Below, in pieces: positions 50,335-60,554 of a DNA stretch of 64,000 nucleotides. Both the position numbers and the translations under genes were made by a program. The notes below the pieces were generated by a model, which was not told where the DNA came from, searched no databases, and saw only the letters and a program-made list of their open reading frames with translations. The first letter of the stretch is position 1. Each line of letters begins with the position of its first letter. This DNA comes from Nitrospinaceae bacterium (GTDB taxonomy: Bacteria; Nitrospinota; Nitrospinia; Nitrospinales; Nitrospinaceae): contig OZ250172.1 in the NCBI GenBank assembly GCA_965237905.1, positions 672,001 through 736,000 of the forward strand, given 5' to 3'.

Positions 50335-50430
50335 GACCTACCGGATCGGCAACGCTCTCTGAGCACGAGTCACCCGCGTCGACATCTCCAAAAAACAAAT
50401 CGACCTAGCCCCTTATTTAAAAAGCGATAA
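50335..50430 (+). repeat. Decayed second copy of the rnr 3' end (repeat of 49914-50010)
   Basis: About 80/97 identical by hand alignment, with a perfect 29-bp core gtcacccgcgtcgacatctccaaaaaaca. Contains an in-frame TGA and a 1-bp deletion. Confidence 0.92.
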
Positions 50431-50527
50431 TCCTCGCCATCATTTTTCTTTCAGAATTTTTTCCGCATCACGTTTCAAATTGAGTTACACTCCGGCACAG
50501 CTTTCCCCATTCGGATATTTCTACTCA

Positions 50528-53085
50528 ATGGACTGGAAAAGGATGACGCCTCTGCTTCCTTATTTTCTGGTTTACCTGTCGGGAATTCTCGCGGCCCTGC
50601 CGGCGTCGCAGAATTTTCTGTCCCCTTATTTTCTGTCACTCGCGACGGCCATCACCGGCGCGTTCCTGTTTGCCCGGTCGCGTCGCAACTTTCCCATCAA
50701 GTCCATCGTTCTAGTGTTGCTGTTTCCACTGGGATTCTCCGCGCCCGGTTGGCAGGACCGTCTCAGGCCGGAGCATCATATCTTGAATCATTTGCAGGAG
50801 GGTCAACACGCGGCAGTGGAAGGTTGGGTCGAGGAGACGCCCACGGTGTATCCCGACAAGGTGCGATACCGCGTTCGCCTGGAGCAAATCACCTACAAAG
50901 AATCTGTCCCCGTCCGCGTCAGCGGCATCGCCCGCATCACCCTCTACCAATCGAAAAACCCGTTTCGCGCCGGCGACCGGTTACGGGTCAACCGCATCAA
51001 GCTGAAGCGCCCGCGCAATTTTAAGAATCCTGGACGATTCGATTACGTGCACTACACCCGGTCGCAGGGGATCGACGTTCTGGGTGGATTATCGAAGGCG
51101 AAATATATCGAGCGCCGGGGAACGGTTCCGCTGGGAACCTTCACCTCCCTGCGCGGCAATATCAGAGAACGCATGCTATCGTTTTTCGACCGGCATCTGC
51201 CGGAGGACTCGGCGGCATTATTAAAAGCCATGTTGCTGGGGGAAAAACAATATCTGAGTGAGGAGTTGCGCCAGGCTTACATCGATACCGGACTGGCGCA
51301 TCTCATGGCGGTGTCCGGTTTGCATATCGGTTTTGTGGCGGGCGCCTGCTTTCTCATCCTGTATCCGTTGGTCTTTTACGGGCTCTGGAAATTTCGTTCC
51401 CGATGGGCCCTGCTCGGTTACGGACGGAAAATCGTCGCCCTGCTGTGTGTCTTTCCGGTCCTGTTCTACATGTTCCTGGTGGGCGCGAAAATTTCCGCTT
51501 TGCGTGCGGGCGTCATGATACTGGTCTATCTCTTCGCCGTGCTGATCAACCGGGAAAAACACCTGCTGAATGCTTTGCTCGTCGCGGCGTTCCTGATTTT
51601 GATCTGGAACCCGGAAGCGGTTGTCGGACCCGGCTTTCTGCTTTCCTTCGGTGCCTTATTGACCATTGTGCTCGCCATCCAGTTCATGGGAAAACCCTCG
51701 GGAGACGCACTAGATCAATTGGGCGAGGTGCCCTGGTACCGCCGCCTGCCGAAACCCCGCTTGAACGAAGCCTCCTGGGGCGCACGCCTCTACGATGTTT
51801 TTCAATCCACCGTTTTCATCACCCTGGCCGCCCTGTTGGGAACTCTACCGATTCTGATTTATTTTTTCAACCACATCAGCATCGGCGGCATTTTCCTGAA
51901 CCTGCTGTTGGTGCCACTGACGGCCCTGCTGATTCCCCTGGGATTACTGACCTCCCTGCTGGCTTTGCTCTATGAACCTATAGGAACTCTGCTGATGCCT
52001 TTGACCGCGGGACTGCTCCACATTTACGTCGGCCTGCCCCGGTTGGCCGCTAAGCTACCCTTCATGTCCTTTTATGTCCCGACGCCGCCGGCAGTCTGGC
52101 CGATTCTTTACTATGGGTTACTGATAGCGATTCCCACTTGGCTTCGATCCCGAAAATCGATTAAAGAACCGGTCCCCGGCCATCGCGGCCCTTGGAACAA
52201 ATTGTATCCCTGGGCATTGGCGCTGGCTTCGGTGACTTTGATCGTCAGTTTTATCTGGCCGCGTTTTCCTTTTTTTAAAAGCGGAAAACTTTCGGTCTAT
52301 CTGCTGGACGTGGGACAGGGCGAATCGATTTATATGGAGTTCCCCAACGGCAAGACTCTGTTGTTGGATGGCGGCGGTTATTTCCGCAACAGTCTGGATG
52401 TCGGCAAGCTCGTGGTCGCGCCGTTTCTCTGGAACCGCGGCCTGTGGGGACTCAGCTATGTGGGCGCCACCCATTCCGACCACGACCACATCAGTGGCCT
52501 GGAATCTCTCGCTGAACTGGTTTCCATCGGCCATTTTCTGGATCGGCGGCCCGCGCTTCCCGATCGCCGCATTGATCGCTTGAAGGACCGTCTACTGGAA
52601 CAGGATACGATCCCCCTCCCTCTGCAACCGGGCCGACCCTGGAAGGTCGGCGAGGTGCGCCTGACCCTGCTCCATCCCACACCGGAATTTATTGCCGCTT
52701 CCCCTGCGCACAACAAGATCGGGAACGATTTGTCCATGGTCTGGAAAATCGAATACGGCGCGTTCAGCATGCTGTTGACGGGAGACATCACCGAAAAAGC
52801 CGAGCGGTATCTGGGGAACATGAGGCCCCCTTGCGAGCGGGAATCCTGAAGGCCCCGCACCATGGCAGTCGCACGTCGAGTCATCCGGATTTCATTCGGG
52901 CGGTCGGGCCTCATGACGTCATCGTCTCCAGCGGACGGTTCAATGTATTCCACCATCCGCATCCCAATATTGTGGACCGTTACCGCCAGGAAGGAGCCAC
53001 CCTGTGGCGGACCGATCTGCAAGGCGCCATCTGCATCACCACCGACGGCACCGACACCCGAATCACTGACCATAAGGATTTATAA
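50528..53085 (+). pseudogene. comEC: ComEC/Rec2 DNA-uptake channel, frameshifted near 52813-52816 (pseudogene or sequencing error)
   Basis: RPRNFKNPGRFDY, HLMAVSGLHIG, LDVGQGES, THSDHDHISG and LLTGDI in one frame. The expected continuation ILKAPHHGSRTSS...HPHP...RTDLQGAI is in another frame (ORF 52831-53085). Confidence 0.85.
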
Positions 53086-53228
53086 AATAAATAATTATAT
53101 ATTTTAAAGTCCTATCAGGCTAATAGATTAAGTTTTCTTTTTCTTATTATGACTCTGTGTTGGCCTTTGCAGAAAAACCTGTTATCCTTTGATATACGCC
53201 AAATATCACCCCTTTTAGGGAGTTCTGT

Positions 53229-54506
53229 TTGTCCAAGTTCAACAAAGTCTATTTGATATATGCCGCCCTCGCGCTGATTCCTGTGGTTATGGTTTTTTTT
53301 GACCCGCCCACCTCTAAACAAGGAACCTTTGTCAAAGGTTTTACGGAATTTTTTCCCTATCCTCTTTATATGGGATTCGCGTTGGTGGGTTTTCTGGGTC
53401 TGAAACTGAACCAAAACCGCATCCTGTTTTCCGGCCTGTTATTTCTGGGAATAAGCTTCAGTCTGATCAATCCCTCTCTATTCAATTCCTGGTGGGGTAT
53501 TGGAAAAATAGAGCTGAATGCGGCCATTGCAATGGCTTTTCCGCTGACGCTGGCACTGGCCTTCAGCTTCCGGGAAACCCGCTTCATGGATCTTCAGCAT
53601 CTGGGGCGACTGGCATTATCGCTAATCCCCATTGCTCTCGGTTTTATTCTTGCGCACGATCCGGGTTTTACAAAAATCAGACAATTCAAATTTTTGCCTC
53701 TGGACGGATTTTTGTTCCCGCAACTGGCTCTGGCCTCCCTGGCAGTTTTCGGCCTGGTGGTTTTTTTAAAGAGGGATCATAAAATCAAACCTTTTCTCAA
53801 GGTGATCGGCATCAGTCTGGTTCCATTGATGGCGGCGATTTGGGCGGGTATGAAAACCGGTAAAGGGGTCACTGATCCCTCTCCGCACATAGTGGCGGCA
53901 TTCACCGTCATCTGCGCCATCCAGCTCCATGCCGTCTTCCAGATGTACTGGCACCGGGTTTACGTCGATGAGTTGACCGATATCCCCAACCGCAGGGCCC
54001 TGGACGAACGCCTCTCCCATCTGTCCGGTGAATACGCCATTGCCATGATGGATATCGACCATTTCAAAGCCTTCAACGATAACTACGGACACGACGAAGG
54101 GGACAACGTGTTGCGGCTCGTGGGAAGTGTATTGAGCCAGGAACTGGGGGACAAAGTCTACCGTTACGGCGGTGAGGAATTCTGCGCGGTGTTCAAGGGA
54201 GTCTCGGCAGAAGACGCTTATATGTACGCCAACAAAGTACGCCGGAAACTGGAGGAACGGAATTTTTACATTCGTAAAGCCAATTCCAAACGCGAACCCA
54301 CTTCTCCCTTCGATCGGAAAAGAGCCAAAAAGAACGGTAAAAAAGTCCAGATCACCATCAGCATCGGCCTGGCCAACCCGAATAAAAAAGCCAAAACCGT
54401 CGATGCTGTGATCAAATTGGCCGACAAGGCCCTCTACAAGGCCAAGAAAAAAGGCCGCAACCGCGTGATCGTCTGGGAAATTGAAGGCGTAAAATCCGCA
54501 GTATAG
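53229..54506 (+). CDS. Membrane-bound diguanylate cyclase (GGDEF)
   Basis: Multi-TM N-terminus, DELTDIPNRR, DIDHFKAFNDNYGHDEGD, RYGGEEF and ADKALYKAKKKGRN. Confidence 0.93.
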   Translation: MSKFNKVYLIYAALALIPVVMVFFDPPTSKQGTFVKGFTEFFPYPLYMGFALVGFLGLKLNQNRILFSGLLFLGISFSLINPSLFNSWWGIGKIELNAAIAMAFPLTLALAFSFRETRFMDLQHLGRLALSLIPIALGFILAHDPGFTKIRQFKFLPLDGFLFPQLALASLAVFGLVVFLKRDHKIKPFLKVIGISLVPLMAAIWAGMKTGKGVTDPSPHIVAAFTVICAIQLHAVFQMYWHRVYVDELTDIPNRRALDERLSHLSGEYAIAMMDIDHFKAFNDNYGHDEGDNVLRLVGSVLSQELGDKVYRYGGEEFCAVFKGVSAEDAYMYANKVRRKLEERNFYIRKANSKREPTSPFDRKRAKKNGKKVQITISIGLANPNKKAKTVDAVIKLADKALYKAKKKGRNRVIVWEIEGVKSAV

Positions 54507-54602
54507 CCCTCCCCCAGCCTCATGTTTTCCCATTGAGAAGCCCGCTGAAATCTGATATAAACGATACTTTCCAATTTCATATCCACCCTTTGAGGAAGTT
54601 TC

Positions 54603-54821
54603 ATGGCCACACTTGATCAATTAAAAACCCATATTTCCACCACCAAAACCAAGCTGGACGAAGTCCAAAAGAAGGCGGGCGATGCCAAGTACGATCCGGA
54701 CGTCCGCAAAGTTCAGAAAAAATACAAGCGGTTGACCCGTAAGGCGGGAAAAATCGTTTACATGGAAAAGAAAAAAGAGGAAAAGGGGAAAAAGAAAAAA
54801 GCAGCCGGCGGCGGCGAATAA
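54603..54821 (+). CDS. Small lysine-rich hypothetical protein
   Basis: GAGGA SD, 72 aa with 20 Lys, upstream of gatC. Confidence 0.75.
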   Translation: MATLDQLKTHISTTKTKLDEVQKKAGDAKYDPDVRKVQKKYKRLTRKAGKIVYMEKKKEEKGKKKKAAGGGE

Positions 54822-54862
54822 TTCTCCCGCTTTGTTTTTTTGTTTCCTTCCCGGTCCCCATC

Positions 54863-55147
54863 ATGTCTTCCAATTCCTTTGATATTGAAAAGATCGCCCT
54901 CCTGGCCCGCCTGAAGCTCACAGAAGAGGAAAAAACCCGCTTGGGCCGACAGTTCGCCGGAATCCTCGAACACATCGACCAGTTGAATCAACTGGACACG
55001 GATAACGTAGAACCGACGTCGCACGTTCTGCCTCTCCAGAATGTGTTCCGTGAAGACGAAGTGAAAACCGTCTTTGAAGACGGCAAGTACCTGCCGCTCG
55101 CCCCCAGGCAGGACAAGGACCACTACGAAGTTCCGCAGATCATCTAA
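54863..55147 (+). CDS. gatC: Asp/Glu-tRNA amidotransferase subunit C
   Basis: [23 protein letters not shown] and VPQII. Confidence 0.95.
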   Translation: MSSNSFDIEKIALLARLKLTEEEKTRLGRQFAGILEHIDQLNQLDTDNVEPTSHVLPLQNVFREDEVKTVFEDGKYLPLAPRQDKDHYEVPQII

Positions 55148-55148
55148 C

Positions 55149-56600
55149 ATGCATCAGCCCACCATCATCCAGGCCCGTCATCAACTCAAAGATAAAAAAT
55201 ATTCAGCGGTCGAACTGCTGGACGCCGTTTATAAACGCATCGACACGGTAGACGGCCGGGTGAAGGCCTACGTCCACCTGACGCGCGACATCGCACGCCG
55301 GCAGGCGGAGGAGGCGGACAAAAGATTCGCCGCCGGGGAAGACGGGCCGTTGTTGGGCGTCCCTATCGCTCTCAAGGATCTGATCTGCATGAAAGACACG
55401 CACACCACCTGCGCCTCGCATATCCTGGAAAATTTCGTGTCGCCTTACGACGCAACCGTCGTCCAGCGACTGAAATCTGCCGGAGCGGTACTGATTGGCA
55501 AAACCAACATGGACGAATTCGCGATGGGCTCGTCCAACGAAAACTCCTATTTCCACGTCACCAAAAACCCGTGGGACCTCAACCGCGTGCCCGGCGGCTC
55601 CAGCGGCGGATCGGGCGCGGCGGTGGCAGCCAACGAATGCATGGCCGCATTGGGAAGCGATACCGGCGGCTCCATCCGCCAACCGGCGGCGTTCTGCGGG
55701 ATCACCGGACTCAAACCGACTTATGGCCGGGTGTCGCGGTTCGGACTGGTCGCGTTCGCCTCATCGTTCGACCAGATCGGACCGATGACCAAAACAGCGG
55801 AAGACGCGGCGGTACTGATGAACGTCATCGGCGGACACGATCCGATGGACTCCACCTCCGCCAACGTGCCGTTACCGGACTTCACCGCGGCGTTGTCAAA
55901 AGATGTCAAAGGACTCAAAATCGGTGTCCCCAAGGAATATTTCGGGAAAGGTTTGGACGCGGACGTCGAGAAGGCGGTGCAGGAAGCGATCAAAACCTTG
56001 GAGTCAATGGGCATGCAAACGGTCGAGGTATCCCTGCCGCATACCGAGTACGCGGTGGCAACGTATTACATTCTCGCCTGCGCCGAGGCCAGTGCCAATC
56101 TGTCGCGCTACGACGGCGTCAAATACGGCTACCGGTCGGAACATGCCGGCAACCTGATGGACATGTACACCAACACGCGCGAGGAAGGCTTCGGCGAGGA
56201 AGTCAAACGGCGGATTCTGCTCGGCACGTTCGTGCTCAGCTCCGGCTATTACGACGCATACTATCTGAAGGGACAGAAAGCGCGGACGCTGATCAAACAG
56301 GATTTCGAGGAAGCCTACAAGAAGTGCGATTTGATGGCGGGACCCATCGCGCCGGCACTGGCTTTCAAGCTGGGCGAGAAGCTGGATGACCCCCTGCAGA
56401 TGTACCTGTCGGACATCTTCACCATTTCCGCCAACCTTGCGGGGGTTCCGGCGATGTCGATCCCCTGCGGCCAATCGAAGGACAACTTACCCATCGGCTT
56501 GCAGTTGATGGGCAATCACTTTGACGAAGCAACGCTCCTCAACGTCGCTCACCAGTACCAACAAACCACTGACCACCACCTCCAACACCCGGTTCTTTAG
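55149..56600 (+). CDS. gatA: Asp/Glu-tRNA amidotransferase subunit A
   Basis: [33 protein letters not shown] and GYYDAYY. Confidence 0.98.
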   Translation: MHQPTIIQARHQLKDKKYSAVELLDAVYKRIDTVDGRVKAYVHLTRDIARRQAEEADKRFAAGEDGPLLGVPIALKDLICMKDTHTTCASHILENFVSPYDATVVQRLKSAGAVLIGKTNMDEFAMGSSNENSYFHVTKNPWDLNRVPGGSSGGSGAAVAANECMAALGSDTGGSIRQPAAFCGITGLKPTYGRVSRFGLVAFASSFDQIGPMTKTAEDAAVLMNVIGGHDPMDSTSANVPLPDFTAALSKDVKGLKIGVPKEYFGKGLDADVEKAVQEAIKTLESMGMQTVEVSLPHTEYAVATYYILACAEASANLSRYDGVKYGYRSEHAGNLMDMYTNTREEGFGEEVKRRILLGTFVLSSGYYDAYYLKGQKARTLIKQDFEEAYKKCDLMAGPIAPALAFKLGEKLDDPLQMYLSDIFTISANLAGVPAMSIPCGQSKDNLPIGLQLMGNHFDEATLLNVAHQYQQTTDHHLQHPVL

Positions 56601-56693
56601 ACCTTCTCAGACCCCCCATTGACATTGTTCGATACTTGAAATACCGTTTAGGAATACCGATTATTCAGCCCCTTCAGTTGGGAGGAATTTCAA

Positions 56694-57638
56694 ATGAACC
56701 AAACCGGGAAAGTCACGGCCAGTGTACTCAACTTCAGACCGGAACCCTCGACGCGACGCCCGCCCCTTGGCCAACTCAAACGCGGAGACACCGTGCAAAT
56801 TATCGGACGGGAGGGCCGGTGGTACAAAATTCAATCCGGCGACCAGACGGGGTATGTTTTCGGCAATTTTTTAACGATCCAGGACGACCAGCCTTTTCAT
56901 CAGTTTTTGTTCGAGCAGGAAGCCTTGCGGACCCACCCGCTGGAACCCTCCTCCGGTGAAGTCATAAAAATCGATTCGGATTTTTCGCGCGATGAAAAGC
57001 AGATGGCCCGCACCTGGAACCGGTTCGGGGGTTTGATCGAAAAACTGAGCGATAAGGTCGACATCGATCCCGGGGCCGCCCTTGCGGTACTGGTTGTGGA
57101 ATCGAGTGGCAAGGGATTTTCCGCCGACGGCCGCATGATCATCCGTTTCGAAAATCACAAATTTCTGAAGTATTACGGCAAAAAACACCCGGACACATTC
57201 AAGGCTCATTTCAAGTATGACCCAAGCAAGCGATGGCGAGGGCACCAATTTCGAAAATCACCCACCGGGCGCTGGAAGAATTTCCACGGCAGGCAACCCG
57301 GGGAGTGGGAGGTGTTCGACTTTGCGCGGGGATTGAGCGCCCCGGCGGCCATGCTCTCGATCAGCATGGGCCTGCCGCAAATCATGGGATTCAATTATGC
57401 CGCGATCGGGTACGACTCGGTGAGAGAGATGTTCGACAACTTTTCAAACGACGTGCGCTTTCATATTCTGGGACTGTTCGATTTCATTCGAGGGTCCGGT
57501 AACACGTCACCCATGCTCCAGGCCCTGCAAACCGGCAACTTTGAACAATTCGCCAGCCGCTACAACGGTCCCGGCCAGGCCGCCAAATACGGCGATTGGA
57601 TCGAAGCCAAATTTGAAACCTTCAATCAGATCATATAA
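56694..57638 (+). CDS. SH3b plus N-acetylmuramidase (DUF3380) protein
   Basis: LNFR..PS...WYKI...GYV (SH3b), then AVLVVESSG, IRFENH, SMGLPQIMGFN and FASRYNGPG (DUF3380). Confidence 0.88.
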   Translation: MNQTGKVTASVLNFRPEPSTRRPPLGQLKRGDTVQIIGREGRWYKIQSGDQTGYVFGNFLTIQDDQPFHQFLFEQEALRTHPLEPSSGEVIKIDSDFSRDEKQMARTWNRFGGLIEKLSDKVDIDPGAALAVLVVESSGKGFSADGRMIIRFENHKFLKYYGKKHPDTFKAHFKYDPSKRWRGHQFRKSPTGRWKNFHGRQPGEWEVFDFARGLSAPAAMLSISMGLPQIMGFNYAAIGYDSVREMFDNFSNDVRFHILGLFDFIRGSGNTSPMLQALQTGNFEQFASRYNGPGQAAKYGDWIEAKFETFNQII

Positions 57639-57645
57639 TCCGACA

Positions 57646-58368
57646 TTATCCCCGCATGTTGCCGAAGACGTCTTTGAGAAGGTCGGTGACGCGGGCGGCG
57701 GGATTGAGCCGGATTTTTTTCTCTTCATCGGCAACCATGACGAACAATCCGTTCAATGCTTTTTCGGTCACATAACCGTCGAGGTCGACCGGCAACGGCG
57801 AATCGATGGGTAACATCTTGAGCGGCTCAACCATTTTCTTGTAAGACCGGGTCACGCCAACCTGATTCATGTTGTCGGTGACGATGGGACGGAACAGCCC
57901 GGCGATGTCCGATGAGGTTTTTGCCCGGAGATAATCGGTAGCGGCGGTGTCGGGTCCGTTTAGAATCTGCCGGGCGTCGTCGAAGCTCATTTGGGTGATG
58001 GCGCTGATGAAAATCGCTTTCGCTTTCGGCGCGGCCTGCTCGGCGGCGGTGTTCATGCTGTGCTCGAAATCATCCACTACCCCGCCGAATCCGAATTTCC
58101 GGAGCATCTCGCCGGTCTTCTGGATTTCCTGCGGGAGCAGGATTTTAATCGCCTGGTTTTTAAAGTAACCGCCAGCTTGGGAGACATCCACCACGGCATT
58201 GCCGGTACCGATCGAAAGTGCTTCCTTTAACCCGGCAATAATTTTGCCCTGCGAATCCACCTGAGACATGGAGCCCTGTACATTTTTTGTGAATTGATCC
58301 AACTCGGCACATCCCGTTACCATGAACACCAATACCGACATTCCCAGAATTTTTTTGATCGGTCGCAT
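57646..58368 (-). CDS. DUF4197 family lipoprotein
   Basis: Lipobox VTGC, GLKEALSIG, SMNTAAEQA and EEKKIRLNPAARVTDLLKDVFG. Confidence 0.9.
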   Translation of the reverse strand: MRPIKKILGMSVLVFMVTGCAELDQFTKNVQGSMSQVDSQGKIIAGLKEALSIGTGNAVVDVSQAGGYFKNQAIKILLPQEIQKTGEMLRKFGFGGVVDDFEHSMNTAAEQAAPKAKAIFISAITQMSFDDARQILNGPDTAATDYLRAKTSSDIAGLFRPIVTDNMNQVGVTRSYKKMVEPLKMLPIDSPLPVDLDGYVTEKALNGLFVMVADEEKKIRLNPAARVTDLLKDVFGNMRG

Positions 58369-58425
58369 ACGCTCCCCTTCTCAGGTTATTTCATGAATAG
58401 CTGTTTGCTGTGCTTATTGTAACGC

Positions 58426-58506
58426 GGCCGGGCAACGCCCGGAGGTTTTTTTCACTTTGGCTGGCGGTGGAAGCTTTGCAATTGCGCCCCACAGTCATCG
58501 CTAAAT
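58426..58506. repeat. Dispersed intergenic hairpin element, copy B (copy A at 9073-9154)
   Basis: Shares the identical 20-mer and colinear downstream motifs with copy A. Confidence 0.75.
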
Positions 58507-58514
58507 GTTAACGG

Positions 58515-59468
58515 TCAGCCAGTTGCCTCCCTCGGTAGAGGGCCGGGCTGGAGGCGGGGGATCAACTCTTCGATAAACAGGTCGAGGTAGTGAGGAGAAG
58601 CGGCGGACAGGTGCGGCTGGATGAGGACGTTGTTAAGTTCCCATAACTCAGAAGATTCCGGCAGGGGTTCGGTTTCGAATACGTCGAGGTAAGCGCCGGC
58701 GATATGCTTCTCCCGCAAGGCGTGAACGAGATCCGCTTCACGGTATGCGTTACCGCGTCCGACGTTGTACACGATGCAATGGCGCGGCAGTTGTTTGAAA
58801 TGCTCGCGGGTGAACAGGCCATCCGTGTCTGCCCCGCCGGGTAGAACGATGATCAAGTGATCGGTCTCGGGCAAAATTTCTACGAGGCGATCAGCGGTCA
58901 CCACGCGGTCATGGCTGTCAAAATAATCCGGCGGATTGATGGTTTGGCGTTTCACTCCGGTGAGGCGACACCCGAAGGGTTTGAAGACGCGGCCAATGAT
59001 CTGGCCGATGCGCCCGAATCCGAGGACAGTCACCCTCTTTTGATAGAGAGATGTGATCCTTTGAGATATTTTGACGGGGCCCCATTTTTTCTTTTTCTGG
59101 AGATCGCCGGAAAGCTGGAACGCCTTGCAGAAATAGAGAGCCGCTCCCAGGACGCTCTCAGCCATCATCAGGCCGTGAAAACCGCCGAACAGTATCGGCA
59201 GATTGGAACCGGGTTCCACATCAACCCAGTCTTTCCCGGCGGCTGGGGTGGCGATCCATTTCAGCTGAGACGAAATTTTTTGCCACTCGCGTTTGAAATA
59301 CCAGACCAGAACCCCCTTCGCTGTGGGCAAGCCGGCCAGAAATTCCTTTGAATTTCGGCAAACTACCACCGAAACCCCCGGCAAGTGTCTACTAAATTGC
59401 TCCTTATGGCGATCCTGAAAGTTCCAGGCCTCGACATGGGGGTGGGTCAGATAGATCAAAATATCCAT
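58515..59468 (-). CDS. D-2-hydroxyacid dehydrogenase family protein
   Basis: VLGFGRIG, NVGRG, GAYLDVFETEPLP and IQPHLS. Confidence 0.92.
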   Translation of the reverse strand: MDILIYLTHPHVEAWNFQDRHKEQFSRHLPGVSVVVCRNSKEFLAGLPTAKGVLVWYFKREWQKISSQLKWIATPAAGKDWVDVEPGSNLPILFGGFHGLMMAESVLGAALYFCKAFQLSGDLQKKKKWGPVKISQRITSLYQKRVTVLGFGRIGQIIGRVFKPFGCRLTGVKRQTINPPDYFDSHDRVVTADRLVEILPETDHLIIVLPGGADTDGLFTREHFKQLPRHCIVYNVGRGNAYREADLVHALREKHIAGAYLDVFETEPLPESSELWELNNVLIQPHLSAASPHYLDLFIEELIPRLQPGPLPREATG

Positions 59469-59610
59469 TTATACTGATAACTCCTCATTTAGGGGTAGTA
59501 CAGCTTTCCATACACCGATTTACTAAAAACCATACAATTTTGAGACAACCCATCTAACATCCAATTTTTTAAATCATTCTAAATCAATCACTTAATATTT
59601 CAACCCATTT

Positions 59611-59626
59611 TGGCACGACTCTTGAA
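59611..59626 (+). promoter_or_regulatory. Possible sigma-54 promoter of the HU gene
   Basis: TGGCACG-ACTC-TTGAA has a perfect -24 box and a -12 box with GA instead of GC, about 45 bp upstream of ATG 59669. Confidence 0.5.
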
Positions 59627-59668
59627 GTAACTGGGGTGAGATTGATAAACCTTAACCCGAGGAAACCC

Positions 59669-60004
59669 ATGATACGCTCTGAATTAGCCAATAAACTGGC
59701 CGCCAAGATGAACATTTCCAAGCAGGAAGCCGACCGTACCCTGCTGGCCTTCATCAACGGCATCATGACCAATCTGGAAAAAGATGGCCGTGTCGTCATT
59801 CAGGGATTTGGTTCATTCCGCCTGAAAGAGTACGAAGCCCGCATTGGCAAAAAGCCGGTGACTGGTGAGTCCATCCAGATTCCGGCCCGCAAAAAACCGG
59901 TATTTCACGCCAGTAAGGAATTGAACCAGCTCATCAACCGAGAGCGCACCACCGAACGTCCGGTTTATGTGGAAACGGTTCAGACACCCGTTTTCGCGGC
60001 GTAA
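59669..60004 (+). CDS. HU/IHF family DNA-binding protein
   Basis: RSELANKLA, IQGFGSF, ARIGKKPVTGESIQIPA and PVFHASKEL. Confidence 0.93.
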   Translation: MIRSELANKLAAKMNISKQEADRTLLAFINGIMTNLEKDGRVVIQGFGSFRLKEYEARIGKKPVTGESIQIPARKKPVFHASKELNQLINRERTTERPVYVETVQTPVFAA

Positions 60005-60142
60005 GGGAAGAAATTACTGCCAAAATCTGCTCGGCGGTATTTGTGCTATAATTTCCTTCTCTGACCGATTTTCGAACCGAGGGAGGTTTGGGAAGTACCA
60101 GGCCTTTCCCTCAGTCCGGAATCCTCAACAAGGAGGCTGGAT

Positions 60143-60415
60143 ATGAGCGACCCCAACACTTGCAGTAAATGCGGCGCGAAAAGCGTCCTCAAGGGGGAGA
60201 TCGGCCTTCGTACCAGCAGGGACCTGGAATTGATCATGGTCGTCCGCAAAGACCATGGCATCGAGAAAAAGGTTCCCCTCCAACCGCGGGTCTGTGCCCA
60301 ATGCGGATTTGTCGACCTGTTCGTCGAAAACCCTGAGAATCTGAAAATCACCTCCAGCGACAAACCGATCGATCCCGGTTTCAAACAACGCCCCCTTCTC
60401 GAATACGATTTCTAA
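60143..60415 (+). CDS. Small Zn-ribbon protein
   Basis: CSKC and CAQCG pairs, AGGAGG SD and upstream TGcTATAAT. Confidence 0.78.
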   Translation: MSDPNTCSKCGAKSVLKGEIGLRTSRDLELIMVVRKDHGIEKKVPLQPRVCAQCGFVDLFVENPENLKITSSDKPIDPGFKQRPLLEYDF

Positions 60416-60554
60416 TTCCCGCCCTCCGCTTCTCTACCCTGCTCAGGAATTTTCTCCCGAAAACTCTTGTCTTCATTATGCGATTAAGTAAAAATACAGA
60501 GAGTATCGTCAAATCCCCAAGTGAAACGCTCACGCTCGCAAACAGGGGTTCCAG

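Noticed and set aside
52831..53085. 84-aa ORF as an independent gene
   Set aside because: It is the out-of-frame C-terminus of ComEC.
60053..60142. Possible structured leader or riboswitch before the Zn-ribbon gene
   Set aside because: Only short, G-U-rich stems and no recognisable aptamer consensus.
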